Below, piece after piece: positions 38,189 through 48,701 of a stretch of DNA of 64,000 nt. The position numbers and the translations under genes were made by a program. Under the pieces are notes generated by a model. That model was not told the origin of the DNA and made no database searches. It saw only the letters and a program-made list of their open reading frames with translations. This DNA is from Candidatus Omnitrophota bacterium (GTDB lineage Bacteria > Omnitrophota > Gorgyraeia > 1-14-0-20-64-10), in contig JAMWCF010000001.1 in assembly GCA_023818695.1 (NCBI GenBank), forward strand, positions 83,306 through 147,305, given 5' to 3'. Positions within the stretch are counted from its first letter, which is position 1. Each line of letters starts with the position of its first letter.

Positions 38189-38900
38189 CCAGCTGCGTAT
38201 CGTGTGGGAACGCAACGCAGGTTTTTTCCGCCTTGCCGGCCTGCCCGACGCGGTTTTTCTGACGCTGGGCAGGGCGGCTGCCATCGGTGCGCAGGAGACC
38301 GGCCCGGAGGTCGCGAAGGAAAGGATCCGTTCAGCCGGTCTTGATCCGGTCGCCGTCGCAGTCATGGAACAGGTTCATGGCGGCGCAATCCAGATCTGCG
38401 ATAAGCCGGACGACACGGTTTTTGAAAAGTGCGATGCGCTTGTCACCGGCCAGAGGGGAGTGGCCCTTGTTGTCCGTTCCGCCGATTGCCTGCCTGTTTC
38501 GGTTTTTGATCCGGTCCTCGGCGTCATCGGTCTGGCGCACGCCGGCTGGAGAGGTTTGCGGGAAAGGATCGCGGCCGGTCTGGTCGAAACGATGCACCGG
38601 GAATACGGCGTCCGGCCCTCCGATCTGCTCGCAGGGATCGGGCCGGGAATAGGTTCCTGCTGCTACGAGGTGGGACCGGAGATGGAACCGGTGTTCGGCT
38701 CCTCTGTGCGCATCGTGGAAGGAAGGAGGTTTCTGGATTTGAAAGCATCGGCCGTCGGCCAGCTTGCCGGAACGGGGATTTCCGCCGAGAGGATCTTCGT
38801 TTCTCCATGGTGCACATTCTGCGACAGGGAGGGTTGCTGTTCCTACCGGAGGGACGGGGAGTCCGCAGGCAGGATGCTGACCTACGCTATGCTGCTTTAG
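38178..38900 (+). CDS. pgeF: YfiH/PgeF-family protein (laccase-domain, peptidoglycan editing factor / purine nucleoside enzyme)
   Basis: MEQVHGG, DALVT, VRSADCLPV, GLAHAGWRG, IGSCCYEVG, CTFC..SYRRDG. Confidence 0.85.
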   Translation: MWIDQLRIVWERNAGFFRLAGLPDAVFLTLGRAAAIGAQETGPEVAKERIRSAGLDPVAVAVMEQVHGGAIQICDKPDDTVFEKCDALVTGQRGVALVVRSADCLPVSVFDPVLGVIGLAHAGWRGLRERIAAGLVETMHREYGVRPSDLLAGIGPGIGSCCYEVGPEMEPVFGSSVRIVEGRRFLDLKASAVGQLAGTGISAERIFVSPWCTFCDREGCCSYRRDGESAGRMLTYAMLL

Positions 38901-39230
38901 AGTAGCGGGTCCATTTCCGTCATCCCATCGGTGCCACCCCTGCTTCGGGGTGTCCCGCCGCGGACCGTTCAGCCTGCCCCAGCGAGGCAGACCTCCCTCG
39001 CGCATTCGGCCGGGCTCGTCCCCTAACGGAAAGTTCGCCGGGGACACCGTGCCTGCCCTGGCTTCATGAGCGTCCGCGTGCGGGCCAACCCCTCGCAGGG
39101 ACCCCGGCACTGCCGGGTGTCCGGCACACCGGCCCGCCGGCCGGATGGCAGGACTCATGCTTTAGCTCTTAGTTGACGAACCCTGCCGGGGGGAGTAAAA
39201 TTACGCTTCAGGCCGCATGCGTTTGCTCGG

Positions 39231-40118
39231 ATGCGGCCTTTTAAGCTTATGGAAACAGACCGGCTGCATCAATCCTATCGCTATTGCGAGTGGATCGCTT
39301 ACCATCATTACGAAAACTTCCCGGTTGCCTCGCTGATTCTTCCGAAAGAAAAGCGTTCGCACGTGGCGGCGGTCTACGCTTTCGCCAGATCAGCCGACGA
39401 TTTCGCCGATGAAATCCGCTATCAGGCCGATTCCCTGGAGCTGCTGGAAGCCTGGAGGGCTGCTCTGTGGGCCTGTCAGAACGGAGGGGGAGTCAAGCTG
39501 GTTTCCCACCCGATCTTTATTGCCCTGGCTCACTCGATCACAACCTGCGGTCTGCCGGTGCAGCTTCTCGATGATCTGTTGACCGCTTTCCGCATGGATG
39601 TGACGAAGAGACGGTATGAGAACTGGCAGGAGCTCCTGGACTACTGCCGCTTTTCCGCGAACCCGGTCGGGCGGCTTGTGCTGACGATTTTCGGCTACCA
39701 GGACCCTGAACTCCACCTCCTCTCGGACCATATTTGCACTGGACTGCAGCTGGCCAACCACTGGCAGGATCTGCGGATCGATATGGAAAAAGACCTCCTT
39801 TATATTCCCAGGGATCTGCAGCGCCGGTTTGGTGTCGATGAGGAGGAGTTTCGCGGCGCCATGCAGGGTCGTATGTCGGACCGGTTCCGGGCTCTGATGG
39901 CCGAACTGGTCGACAGGGCGGACGCGCTTTTCAAAGCCGGAGCTGCCTTGCCGGGAAAAGTGGAGGGGCCTCTGCGCCTGGAGTTAAAGCTGACCTTGCT
40001 GGGAGGGCGGGCCGTTCTGGAACGGATCCGCCAGGTCGACTATGATGTTTTCCGGCAGCGCCCGGTTCTTTCCCCGCTGGCGAAATTGAAACTGCTGGGA
40101 CTTGGCCTTGTATCGTGA
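39231..40118 (+). CDS. hpnC: squalene synthase HpnC (hydroxysqualene synthase)
   Basis: SYRYCEWIAYHHYENFPVAS, AVYAFARSADDFADE, ANHWQDLRID. Alternative start at ATG 39249. Confidence 0.85.
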   Translation: MRPFKLMETDRLHQSYRYCEWIAYHHYENFPVASLILPKEKRSHVAAVYAFARSADDFADEIRYQADSLELLEAWRAALWACQNGGGVKLVSHPIFIALAHSITTCGLPVQLLDDLLTAFRMDVTKRRYENWQELLDYCRFSANPVGRLVLTIFGYQDPELHLLSDHICTGLQLANHWQDLRIDMEKDLLYIPRDLQRRFGVDEEEFRGAMQGRMSDRFRALMAELVDRADALFKAGAALPGKVEGPLRLELKLTLLGGRAVLERIRQVDYDVFRQRPVLSPLAKLKLLGLGLVS

Positions 40119-40980
40119 CGATTCCTTCCGTTACTGCGCGTGGTTGACGCGCGTTTCCCGCAGCAATTTCGCGATGGGACTGAAAGTCCTGCCCAGGCCC
40201 CAGAGGGAGGCGATGGAGGTCGTCTATGCTTTCTGCCGGGCGGTGGATGATGTGGTGGATAAACAGGCAGGCAACCCGGTCGTTTTCGACGCGGAGGAGG
40301 CGGGCAGAGAATTGGACCGATGGCGCGGTGAGCTGCATGCCGGTTATCCGACCCACCCGATCGCCGTGGCGCTGACGCAGGTCATCCGGGATTACCGGAT
40401 TCCTCTTTCCTATTTTGAGGATTTGATCGCCGGCTGCCGGATGGATCTGGTCCAGCGCCGTTACGCGACCTTCCAGGAGCTGGAGGTCTACTGCCGGCAT
40501 GTTGCCTCCGTGGTCGGGCTGATCTCCATCCGGGTTTTCGGCTGCCGGCATCAGGCCTCCGAGGATTACGCCGTGAATCTTGGGATCGCACTGCAACTGA
40601 CGAACATCCTGCGAGATCTTAAAGCCGATCTGGCGCGCGGGAGGGTTTATCTGCCGCAGGATGAACTGAAGCGGTTCGGCTACACCGAGAGCGACTTGTT
40701 CTCCTGCCGTTATTCGGAGCCGTTTTTGCGGATGATGTCTTTTCAGTGCGCGAGGGCGCGCGCCTTCTTCCGGAAAGCCCATGAAGCCCTTCAGGCGGCC
40801 GGCGAACAGAGGAAGCTTCTTCCCGCCCAGATGATGGGTGCGGTCTATTCGCAGATCCTCAACCGGATCGAGAAACTCCGGTACGATGTTTTTTCAAGCC
40901 GGATCACCGTGCCGCGAGCCCGGCAGACGGCGACGGCTCTGGTCCTTCTGGTCAATGGCGGGCGCTGGAACTACGCATGA
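40102..40980 (+). CDS. hpnD: presqualene diphosphate synthase HpnD
   Basis: FRYCAWLTRVSRSNFAMG, VVYAFCRAVDDVVD, LQLTNILRDLKADL. Confidence 0.85.
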   Translation: MALYRDDSFRYCAWLTRVSRSNFAMGLKVLPRPQREAMEVVYAFCRAVDDVVDKQAGNPVVFDAEEAGRELDRWRGELHAGYPTHPIAVALTQVIRDYRIPLSYFEDLIAGCRMDLVQRRYATFQELEVYCRHVASVVGLISIRVFGCRHQASEDYAVNLGIALQLTNILRDLKADLARGRVYLPQDELKRFGYTESDLFSCRYSEPFLRMMSFQCARARAFFRKAHEALQAAGEQRKLLPAQMMGAVYSQILNRIEKLRYDVFSSRITVPRARQTATALVLLVNGGRWNYA

Positions 40981-42419
40981 GCAGGCCTCATGTCATCGTC
41001 ATCGGCGGTGGTTTCGCAGGGTTATCGGCCGCCGTTTCCCTGGTGGACGCTGGGGTTCGGGTGACCGTTCTGGAGGCCCGCGTCGGCCTAGGCGGCAGGG
41101 CCCGCTCTTTCACCGATCCGGCCACCGGCGAGTTGGTTGACAATGGTCAGCACCTTCTGATCGGGGGATACCATGAAACCAGGCGGTTCCTCCTGCGGCT
41201 TGGGACGGTGCAGCACTTGCGGTTTCAGCGCCGGCTCCAGGTCCGTTTCGTGGAAAAGGGGGGCCGCTCTTTCACTCTGGACTGTCCTCCGCTGCCGGTT
41301 CCGTGGCACCTGGTTGCCGGTCTGGCGCGGCTCGGATCGCTCTCTCTGCGGGATAAGGCCGGTTTGCGGGCCATGCTCCGCGAGGGGACCCGTCTCCTGA
41401 AAGGGGGAGTTTCCTCCGAAAGGGAGTTGGATGAGGAGACGGTGGAGGGATGGCTGATCCGGCTCGGCCAATCCGCCCGGATCCGGTCCGCTTTCTGGTA
41501 TCCGCTGACAGTGGCGGCTCTCAATGAAGATCCGCGGCGAGCCTCCGCGCTCGGTCTCTGGGCAGTTCTGAAGAGGATGGTTTTTTCCCAGGCGCAGGAC
41601 GCTTGCCTGGGGGTGCCGACCGTGGGGTTGACCGATCTGTACGCCGCTTCCGCCGCCCGCTTGGTCCAGGAGGCGGGCGGTGAGATCCGCTTGAACACCT
41701 CCGTGACCGAGGTGGTTTTGGATGGCGCAGAGGCGCGGGGGATCAGGACCGCCGGCGGCGATCTCCTTTTCGCCGACGCGGTCATCAGCTCGCTGCCTCC
41801 GGGAACGCTGAAGAAGATTCTGCCGGCTTCCTGCCGGGAATCCGACCCGTTCTTCTGCCGTCTTGACCGTTTCAAGACATCGCCGATCGTCTCCATGAAT
41901 CTGTGGCTGGACCGTCCGATCACGCCGGATTGGTTCGTGGGGTTTGTCGGGACGCGGATTCAGTGGCTTTTTAACAAGCCGGCCATTCTGGGAAACGGGA
42001 AAAGCAGCATCAGCTACGCCTCCCTCCTTATCAGCGCGGCGCATGAGTGGGTCGGTTGTTCAAATGAAGCCCTTCTCCAGGTCGCTTTGGAGGACCTCTG
42101 GTCTTGTTTTCCACATGTGCGGGGGGTTCGTCCGGTCAAATTCCAGGTGGTGAGGGAAAGAGAAGCGACTGTTTCGCTCACGCCGGGGATGGAACGGTTC
42201 CGGCTTTCCGCCCGGACTCCATTGGAGGGCTTTTTTTGCGCCGGCGACTGGACCGATACCGGCCTACCGGCTACCATTGAATCGGCTGTGATCAGCGGCC
42301 GTCAGGCTGCGCAGCAGGCGCTGAAATGGCTTGCCTCATCCGCCTGCGGTGGTAAAATACCTAAATTATCCTATGGATCTTCGGTCCTACCTGAAAAACA
42401 GGCAACTTCTGATCAATAA
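40977..42419 (+). CDS. hpnE: hydroxysqualene dehydroxylase HpnE (FAD-dependent amine-oxidase fold)
   Basis: VIVIGGGFAGLSAAVSL..GVRVTVLEARVGLGGRA dinucleotide fold. ATGA overlaps hpnD. Confidence 0.8.
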   Translation: MSRPHVIVIGGGFAGLSAAVSLVDAGVRVTVLEARVGLGGRARSFTDPATGELVDNGQHLLIGGYHETRRFLLRLGTVQHLRFQRRLQVRFVEKGGRSFTLDCPPLPVPWHLVAGLARLGSLSLRDKAGLRAMLREGTRLLKGGVSSERELDEETVEGWLIRLGQSARIRSAFWYPLTVAALNEDPRRASALGLWAVLKRMVFSQAQDACLGVPTVGLTDLYAASAARLVQEAGGEIRLNTSVTEVVLDGAEARGIRTAGGDLLFADAVISSLPPGTLKKILPASCRESDPFFCRLDRFKTSPIVSMNLWLDRPITPDWFVGFVGTRIQWLFNKPAILGNGKSSISYASLLISAAHEWVGCSNEALLQVALEDLWSCFPHVRGVRPVKFQVVREREATVSLTPGMERFRLSARTPLEGFFCAGDWTDTGLPATIESAVISGRQAAQQALKWLASSACGGKIPKLSYGSSVLPEKQATSDQ

Positions 42420-43197
42420 GGCACTTGGGAGATATCTGCCTCCTGCCAGGGAGTACCCCCCTTCTGTCCACCAGGCGATGCGCTACAGCGTGCTGGGAGA
42501 AGGCAAACGGATCCGTCCGATTCTGGCTTTGGCCGCCTGTGAGGCGGTGGGCGGCAGCGTCAAGAAGGCCCTTCCGGCCGCCTGCGCGCTGGAGCTGATT
42601 CACGCCTATTCCCTCGTCCACGATGACCTGCCGGCCATGGACGACGATGATGTCCGACGGGGCAGACCTTCCTGCCACAAGAAATACGGCGAGGCACTGG
42701 GGGTTCTGACCGGCGACGCCTTGCTGACTTACAGCTTTGAGCTGCTGGCCTCCGGCGGCAACGGGGATTCGGCCGTCCGGCTGAAGGTGATCAGGGAGAT
42801 CGCCAAGGCGATCGGCACCCAGGGGATGATCGGCGGGCAGGTGGTGGATATCGAGTCCGGTTCCGGCCGTTCCCGGGGCGCCGTCATGGAGTACATCAAT
42901 TCCAGGAAGACAGGGGCCCTGATCTCCGCTTCCGTCCGGATCGGCGCCCTGATGGGCGGGGCGACACCGAAACAGTACCAGGCCATCTCCTCCTACGGGG
43001 ACAAGGTCGGATTGGTCTTTCAGTTGGTCGACGATCAATTGGACAGGGATGGAGCCGTCCGGCTCTACGGTGTGCGGGCGGTCCGCGAGAGGGCGCAGTC
43101 CCTGACCCGTTCGGCGGTGAATTCCCTTCGGATGTTCGGTTCAAAGGGGCGTTCGCTGGAGGCCCTCGCTTTCTTTATCCTCACACGGAATTCCTAA
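42373..43197 (+). CDS. ispA: farnesyl diphosphate synthase (polyprenyl synthetase)
   Basis: LIHAYSLVHDDLPAMDDDDVRRGRPSCH is nearly identical in pattern to the E. coli IspA FARM. The second motif is FQLVDDQLD. Confidence 0.85.
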   Translation: MDLRSYLKNRQLLINKALGRYLPPAREYPPSVHQAMRYSVLGEGKRIRPILALAACEAVGGSVKKALPAACALELIHAYSLVHDDLPAMDDDDVRRGRPSCHKKYGEALGVLTGDALLTYSFELLASGGNGDSAVRLKVIREIAKAIGTQGMIGGQVVDIESGSGRSRGAVMEYINSRKTGALISASVRIGALMGGATPKQYQAISSYGDKVGLVFQLVDDQLDRDGAVRLYGVRAVRERAQSLTRSAVNSLRMFGSKGRSLEALAFFILTRNS

Positions 43198-43200
43198 ATA

Positions 43201-45114
43201 ATGGAAAAACTGACGGATAAGATCAACAGCCCGGCTGATTTAAGGAAGCTTCCGCAATCGTCCCTGGTTCAGGTCGCCCAGGAAATTCGCCAGATCATCA
43301 TCGATAAGGTTTCCAAAACGGGGGGGCATTTCGGCGGCCCGCTGGGCGCGGTTGACCTGGTGGTGGCTCTCCATTACGTCTTCAACACACCGGAGGACCA
43401 GCTGGTGTGGGACGTCGGTTATCAGGCCTACGCTCACAAGATTCTCACCGGGCGGCGAGATCGTTTCGGAACGCTGCGCCAGCTGGGGGGAATCAGCGGT
43501 TTTCCCCACCGGGAAGAGAGTTCGTACGATCTGTTCACCATCGGGCACGGCGGCACCTCCATTTCGACCGCGCTGGGGCTGGTCCAAGCGCGCGATCACC
43601 AGGGAAAATCCAACAAGGTCGTCGCGGTCATCGGGGACGGTTCTCTTCCGGAGGGGATGGCCCTGGAAGGGTTAAATCACGCCGGCCACTTGAAGAGCGA
43701 CATCCTGGTGGTGCTCAACGACAACAACATGGCGATCGCCCCCGCCGTGGGGGCCCTGACCAACTGCTTCAACCGGATCATCACTGATCCCCTGTACAAC
43801 AGGGTGCGGCGGGAAGCCGAGCGGGCGATGCGGCGGGTTCCACGCCTCGGGTTCCGGATGATCCGTGCCGCCAAGCGGCTGGAGGAATCCCTGAAAAACC
43901 TGCTGGTGCCGGGGATCATTTTTGAAGAGCTCGGGTTCCGCTACTTCGGCCCGGTGGACGGGCACAACATGGACAAGCTCATCAAGATGCTGGGGGAGAT
44001 GAAGAAGCTCCCGGGGCCGAAGTTGCTGCATGTTTTGACCGTCAAGGGCAAGGGGTACTCCTTCGCGGAGAAACACCAGTGGAAGTACCACGGGGTGACG
44101 CCGTTTGACCCGGCGACGGGGGAGTTCCTGAAGAAACCCTCCCCGGAGACCTTCACGCAGCGTTTCGGCAAGACGCTCATCGACATCGCCAAGAAGGATC
44201 CGTCGGTGGTGGCGATCACCGCGGCCATGCCGGACGGCACCGGTCTGGTGGAATACGCGAAGGAGCTACCAAACCAGTTTTACGATGTGGGGATGTGCGA
44301 GCAGCACGCCGTCGGACTGGCCGCCGGATTGGCCCGCGGCGGCATGAAGCCGGTCGCCGCGATTTATTCGACCTTTCTGCAGAGGGGGTTCGACCAGGTA
44401 GTGCATGACGTTTGCATCCAGAATCTGCCGGTGATTTTCGCCATGGACCGGGGCGGCCTGGTGGGGGATGATGGCATCACGCATCACGGTGTGTTCGACA
44501 TCGCCTACTTGTCACCGATTCCGCGCCTCACCCTGATGGCCCCGAAGGACCTGGATGAACTGGAGGCGATGATGCGTTTCGCCATGGAGTCGTCCGGCCC
44601 GATCGGCTACCGGTATCCCCGCGGTTCCATGCTGCGGTTTTATCCCGAGCTGGCCATCCCTAATCCGGGAAAGACCCCTCCGATCATCCTCGGGAGAGCG
44701 GAGAAGATCGTTTCCGGTTCGGACGTGGCGATCATCGCGCTGGGGAGCATGGTTTACCCGGCTCTGGAGGCCCATGTTCTTTTGCAGGATCAGGGGATCT
44801 CCGCCACGGTCGTCAACGCCAGGTTCATCAAGCCGTTTGACGAGGAGTTGTTCGCCTCCCTGCTTCAGGAGCATCGGGCGGTGCTGATCGTCGAGGAGGG
44901 GGTGACGCGGGGCGGTTTCGGCATGGCGGTGATGGAGCGGCTGGAGCCGCTTCGGTCGAACGGATTCCGTTTCCGGGTGATGGGGTTGCCGGACCGGTTC
45001 TTTGAGCATGGCAAAAGGGAGCTTCTCCTGCAGCAGGCCGGTTTAACGACAGACGGCATCGTGGCCGCCGCCAAAGAGCTGTTGCAGGAACGAAGTCCGG
45101 TCTATGTCCGTTGA
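43201..45114 (+). CDS. dxs: 1-deoxy-D-xylulose-5-phosphate synthase
   Basis: GGHFGGPLGAVDLVVALHYVF, VIGDGSLPEGMALEGLNHAG, full length of 637 aa. Confidence 0.95.
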   Translation: MEKLTDKINSPADLRKLPQSSLVQVAQEIRQIIIDKVSKTGGHFGGPLGAVDLVVALHYVFNTPEDQLVWDVGYQAYAHKILTGRRDRFGTLRQLGGISGFPHREESSYDLFTIGHGGTSISTALGLVQARDHQGKSNKVVAVIGDGSLPEGMALEGLNHAGHLKSDILVVLNDNNMAIAPAVGALTNCFNRIITDPLYNRVRREAERAMRRVPRLGFRMIRAAKRLEESLKNLLVPGIIFEELGFRYFGPVDGHNMDKLIKMLGEMKKLPGPKLLHVLTVKGKGYSFAEKHQWKYHGVTPFDPATGEFLKKPSPETFTQRFGKTLIDIAKKDPSVVAITAAMPDGTGLVEYAKELPNQFYDVGMCEQHAVGLAAGLARGGMKPVAAIYSTFLQRGFDQVVHDVCIQNLPVIFAMDRGGLVGDDGITHHGVFDIAYLSPIPRLTLMAPKDLDELEAMMRFAMESSGPIGYRYPRGSMLRFYPELAIPNPGKTPPIILGRAEKIVSGSDVAIIALGSMVYPALEAHVLLQDQGISATVVNARFIKPFDEELFASLLQEHRAVLIVEEGVTRGGFGMAVMERLEPLRSNGFRFRVMGLPDRFFEHGKRELLLQQAGLTTDGIVAAAKELLQERSPVYVR

Positions 45115-47074
45115 CATATCCGCCCGACCCTTGAAAGGATCCCCGGTGTCCGTCTCGGTGAGCCCTTCCGTGCTGGAGGCGCTGGAGAGCGCGATCGGGA
45201 AAACCTCCGCCCTCCTCTGCAGGCAGCAGGACCCCGACGGTTTCTGGGTCGGCGAACTGCAGGCCGACACGACGCTGGAATCGGACACCATCAAGTTGCG
45301 GCACCTGCTGGACAGGGTTGACCGCCGGAAACAGGAAAAGCTGGTCTGGACAATCCTCAAGAACGAGCTTCCGGACGGAGGGTGGCCGATTTACGCGGGC
45401 GGCCCCCCTGAAATCAACGCGACCGTCAAGGCCTACGCGGCCCTGAAGCTGGCCGGCACTCCGGATGACGATCCGGTCCTCAAGCGCAACAGGCAGGTTA
45501 TTCTTCGCTTGGGCGGGCTGGAAAGGATCAACAGCTTTGAGAAGACCTACCTGGCCCTGTTAGGCGCCTATCCATGGAGCCAGGTCCCAGTTCTTCCTCC
45601 CGAGCTTATTTTTCTGCCCTCCTGGTTTTACTTCAACATCTATGAGGTTTCCTATTGGTCCCGCACCATCCTGATTCCTCTGGCCGTGATGCACGCGACG
45701 AAACCTTGTTCCCCCTCTGCGCGACTCTGCTTGGATGAGCTGTGGGTGAATCCCAGGCTGAAGCGGGCGACCATCACGAACTTCCAGAAGGGAGGGGCTT
45801 TTTGGAGGGTTTTCTTCCTCTTCGCCAACCGGATTTTGAGGATCCACGAGAGTTTGCCGTTTAAGCCGCTGCGGGCAAAGGCGCTGCGAGCGTGTGACCG
45901 CTGGATCAATGAGCGGCTCGTCGAAACAGACGGTTTGGGGGCGATCTTTCCGGCGATGATGAACGCCATTTTCGCCTTGAAGGGGTTGGGCTACCGGGAT
46001 GGAGACCCCCTCTATGAGAAGCAGATCAAGGAGATGGAGCGGCTCGAAGTTCCGGATGAGGAGCTCGGTCTGAAAATCCAGCCCTGTTTTTCGCCGGTCT
46101 GGGACACGGCGCTGGCGATGTACGCATTGGGAAGGACCAAAGCCGCTTCCGTGGCAGGACCCCTGCGGCGGGCGGTTGACTGGCTCCTTGCGCGGGAGAT
46201 CCGCCAGTGGGGGGACTGGGTTGTTAAGAATCCCCGTGCGAAACCGGGTGGCTGGGCTTTCGAGTTCAAGAATCCTTTTTACCCGGACGTCGATGACACG
46301 GCGCAGGTTCTTCTGGGGCTCCATGAAGTTTATCCCGTCGGGCGTCAGCCGCAGGACGTCAGGGGGGCGTTCGAAAGAGGGCTCGAGTGGATTTTGAGCA
46401 TGCAGAACAGGGACGGGGGGTGGAGCTCTTTCGATAAGAATAATAACTGCCTTCCCTTAACCCATTTCCCGTTCGCGGACCACAACGCCATGCTGGATCC
46501 ATCCGCTTGCGACATCACCGGCAGGATCCTGGAGCTTTTGAGCGCCATCGGCGTGCCGAAGACCCATCCGGCGGTCCAGCGGGCGAGAGCTTTTCTGCTT
46601 GAACGGCAGGAGGTGGATGGCAGCTGGTTCGGGCGCTGGGGGGTCAACTACATCTATGGCACATGGCTGGCCCTCCGGGGTCTTCGCGCCGTCGGGGAAC
46701 CTATGGATTCTTTCCGGTATCAGCGGGCCGGCCGGTGGCTGATCAGCCGGCAGAACCCGGACGGCGGCTGGGGTGAAAGCTGCCGCTCGTACGACGACCC
46801 CGGCGTGAAAGGGCAGGGGCCTTCCACCCCCTCGCAGACTTCATGGGCTTTGATGGCCCTCATGAGCTGCGGGTTGGTGGCGGAACCCTCTTTTCAGAGG
46901 GGGCTGGAGTACCTCCTGAACCATCAAAAACCGGATGGCGACTGGCAGGAGGAATGGTTCACGGGAACCGGTTTCCCGCGGGTCTTTTATCTGCGCTATC
47001 ACATGTACAGAATCTATTTCCCGCTTCTGGCTCTGACCGAAGCCCGGGATATCTTGAAAAGGACCGAGGGATAA
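45104..47074 (+). CDS. shc: squalene-hopene cyclase
   Basis: Catalytic DVDDTA, multiple QW repeats ([28 protein letters not shown]), [16 protein letters not shown]. Confidence 0.95.
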   Translation: MSVDISARPLKGSPVSVSVSPSVLEALESAIGKTSALLCRQQDPDGFWVGELQADTTLESDTIKLRHLLDRVDRRKQEKLVWTILKNELPDGGWPIYAGGPPEINATVKAYAALKLAGTPDDDPVLKRNRQVILRLGGLERINSFEKTYLALLGAYPWSQVPVLPPELIFLPSWFYFNIYEVSYWSRTILIPLAVMHATKPCSPSARLCLDELWVNPRLKRATITNFQKGGAFWRVFFLFANRILRIHESLPFKPLRAKALRACDRWINERLVETDGLGAIFPAMMNAIFALKGLGYRDGDPLYEKQIKEMERLEVPDEELGLKIQPCFSPVWDTALAMYALGRTKAASVAGPLRRAVDWLLAREIRQWGDWVVKNPRAKPGGWAFEFKNPFYPDVDDTAQVLLGLHEVYPVGRQPQDVRGAFERGLEWILSMQNRDGGWSSFDKNNNCLPLTHFPFADHNAMLDPSACDITGRILELLSAIGVPKTHPAVQRARAFLLERQEVDGSWFGRWGVNYIYGTWLALRGLRAVGEPMDSFRYQRAGRWLISRQNPDGGWGESCRSYDDPGVKGQGPSTPSQTSWALMALMSCGLVAEPSFQRGLEYLLNHQKPDGDWQEEWFTGTGFPRVFYLRYHMYRIYFPLLALTEARDILKRTEG

Positions 47075-47076
47075 TC

Positions 47077-48201
47077 ATGGCAATTTCCTGGAGGCAGGGG
47101 CTTGCGGTCGCAAGCTACGTGATTGGGCAGAAGATCAAAGGGGTGAAGCGGTATCCGCTGGTCCTTATGCTGGAACCGCTCTTCCGGTGCAACCTGGAGT
47201 GCGCCGGATGCGGGAAGATCCAGTATCCGGACGAGATCCTGAACAAGCGCCTTTCCCCGCAGGAGTGCGAGGAGGCGGCCGTGGAATGCGGTGCTCCGGT
47301 GGTTTCCATCGCCGGCGGCGAACCGCTGATCCATCCGGAAATGCCGGAGATCGCCCGGCGGCTCGTCGCGCGCAGGAAATTCGTCTATCTGTGCACCAAC
47401 GCCATTCTTCTGGGAAGGGAACTGAAGAAGTTTCGGCCATCCCCCTATTTCCGGTTCAGTATCCACCTGGACGGGTTGGAGGAGACCCATGACAAGGCGG
47501 TTTGCAGGAAAGGGGTTTTCAAGCTGGCCGTCGAGGGGATCAAGGCGGCCAAAAAGGCCGGTTTCCAGGTTTCGACGAACACCACGATCTATCTGGGGGC
47601 GGACCCGCAGGAATTCCGAAGGATGTTCGATTTTTTGACCGACCTGGGCGTGGACGGCATGATGATTTCTCCGGGGTACCCTTATGAGAAAGCCCCCGAC
47701 CAGGAGCATTTTCTGCAGAGAGAGCAGACTAAGGCCCTTTTCCGTCGGATCCTGGACAACGCGGATCCGGCATGGCGGTTCAACCATTCCAGCTTTTTCC
47801 TGGAGTTCCTGATGGGGGAGAGGGACTATCAATGCACCGCGTGGGGCAATCCGACGCGCAACGTGTTCGGCTGGCAGAAGCCGTGCTACCTGATGAGCGA
47901 CGGCTACGTCAAGAGCTTCCGGGAACTGATCGAAGAGACCCCCTGGGAGCGGTACGGTACGGGGCGGGACCCTCGGTGTGCCGACTGCATGGTCCATTGC
48001 GGTTACGAGCCGACGGCGGTGGTGGACGCGATGTCCTCCTTCCGGAACATGCTCAAGGCCGCCCGTCCTTTCGCGGTCAGGAACGGAAACGGAGCCGTCA
48101 AGCAGGACGTGACCCCGCCCTCTGCGCCGCCGCACGGCGGCCAGCGGCGCCAGTCCGCTCCGCAGCTGATCACGATCGGTTCCTCTGCGCGGGATCATTG
48201 A
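47077..48201 (+). CDS. hpnH: adenosyl-hopene transferase HpnH (radical SAM)
   Basis: [27 protein letters not shown] (CxxxCxxC). The stop overlaps the next start (TGATG at 48199-48203). Confidence 0.9.
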   Translation: MAISWRQGLAVASYVIGQKIKGVKRYPLVLMLEPLFRCNLECAGCGKIQYPDEILNKRLSPQECEEAAVECGAPVVSIAGGEPLIHPEMPEIARRLVARRKFVYLCTNAILLGRELKKFRPSPYFRFSIHLDGLEETHDKAVCRKGVFKLAVEGIKAAKKAGFQVSTNTTIYLGADPQEFRRMFDFLTDLGVDGMMISPGYPYEKAPDQEHFLQREQTKALFRRILDNADPAWRFNHSSFFLEFLMGERDYQCTAWGNPTRNVFGWQKPCYLMSDGYVKSFRELIEETPWERYGTGRDPRCADCMVHCGYEPTAVVDAMSSFRNMLKAARPFAVRNGNGAVKQDVTPPSAPPHGGQRRQSAPQLITIGSSARDH

Positions 48202-48701
48202 TGGCTTTGCTCCGGACCGGCTCCGTCTGCTTGGAAGCCCTGAAGTCGAGGGGCTTCAATTTTTTCACCGGTGTGGCCGATTCCACGATTAGTTCGCTGA
48301 TCGAAGAGCTTTATCAGGATCCGGCTGGCTACGTCGCGGCAGTGCGGGAGGATCTGGCGGTCGGCATGGCGGCCGGCGCCTACCTGGCAGGCCGATGGCC
48401 GTGCGTTCTGATGCAGAATTCCGGTCTGGGATACTGCCTCAACGCGCTAACCTCCTTGAATTTGATTTACCGGATTCCGTCACTGCTGATTGTCGGATAT
48501 CGGGGTTACCAGGGCAACGACGCGCCGGAACACCTCGTCATGGGAGCCCACTGCACCGCGTTGCTGGAGGAGGTCGGGATTCCGGTGCAGGTCCCGGAAC
48601 CGGACCAGCTGGTCTCCGCGATCGGTTGGGCCGACAAGGTCTTGAGGGATAGACGGATTCCGGCGGCTGTTTTCATCAAGCCGGGTGTGATGGAGAAATG
48701 A
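48201..48701 (+). CDS. phosphonopyruvate (or sulfopyruvate) decarboxylase, alpha subunit (TPP enzyme N-terminal PYR domain)
   Basis: FFTGVADSTISSLIE, AAVREDLAVGMAAGAYLAG, VLMQNSGLG. Split alpha/beta organisation. Confidence 0.7.
   Translation: MALLRTGSVCLEALKSRGFNFFTGVADSTISSLIEELYQDPAGYVAAVREDLAVGMAAGAYLAGRWPCVLMQNSGLGYCLNALTSLNLIYRIPSLLIVGYRGYQGNDAPEHLVMGAHCTALLEEVGIPVQVPEPDQLVSAIGWADKVLRDRRIPAAVFIKPGVMEK

Noticed and set aside
38331-39158. 275-aa minus-strand ORF covering the pgeF 3' half and the non-coding region upstream of hpnC.
   Set aside because: It is antisense to a well-supported pgeF. Its composition is not protein-like, and the non-overlapping part coincides with hairpin-rich DNA.
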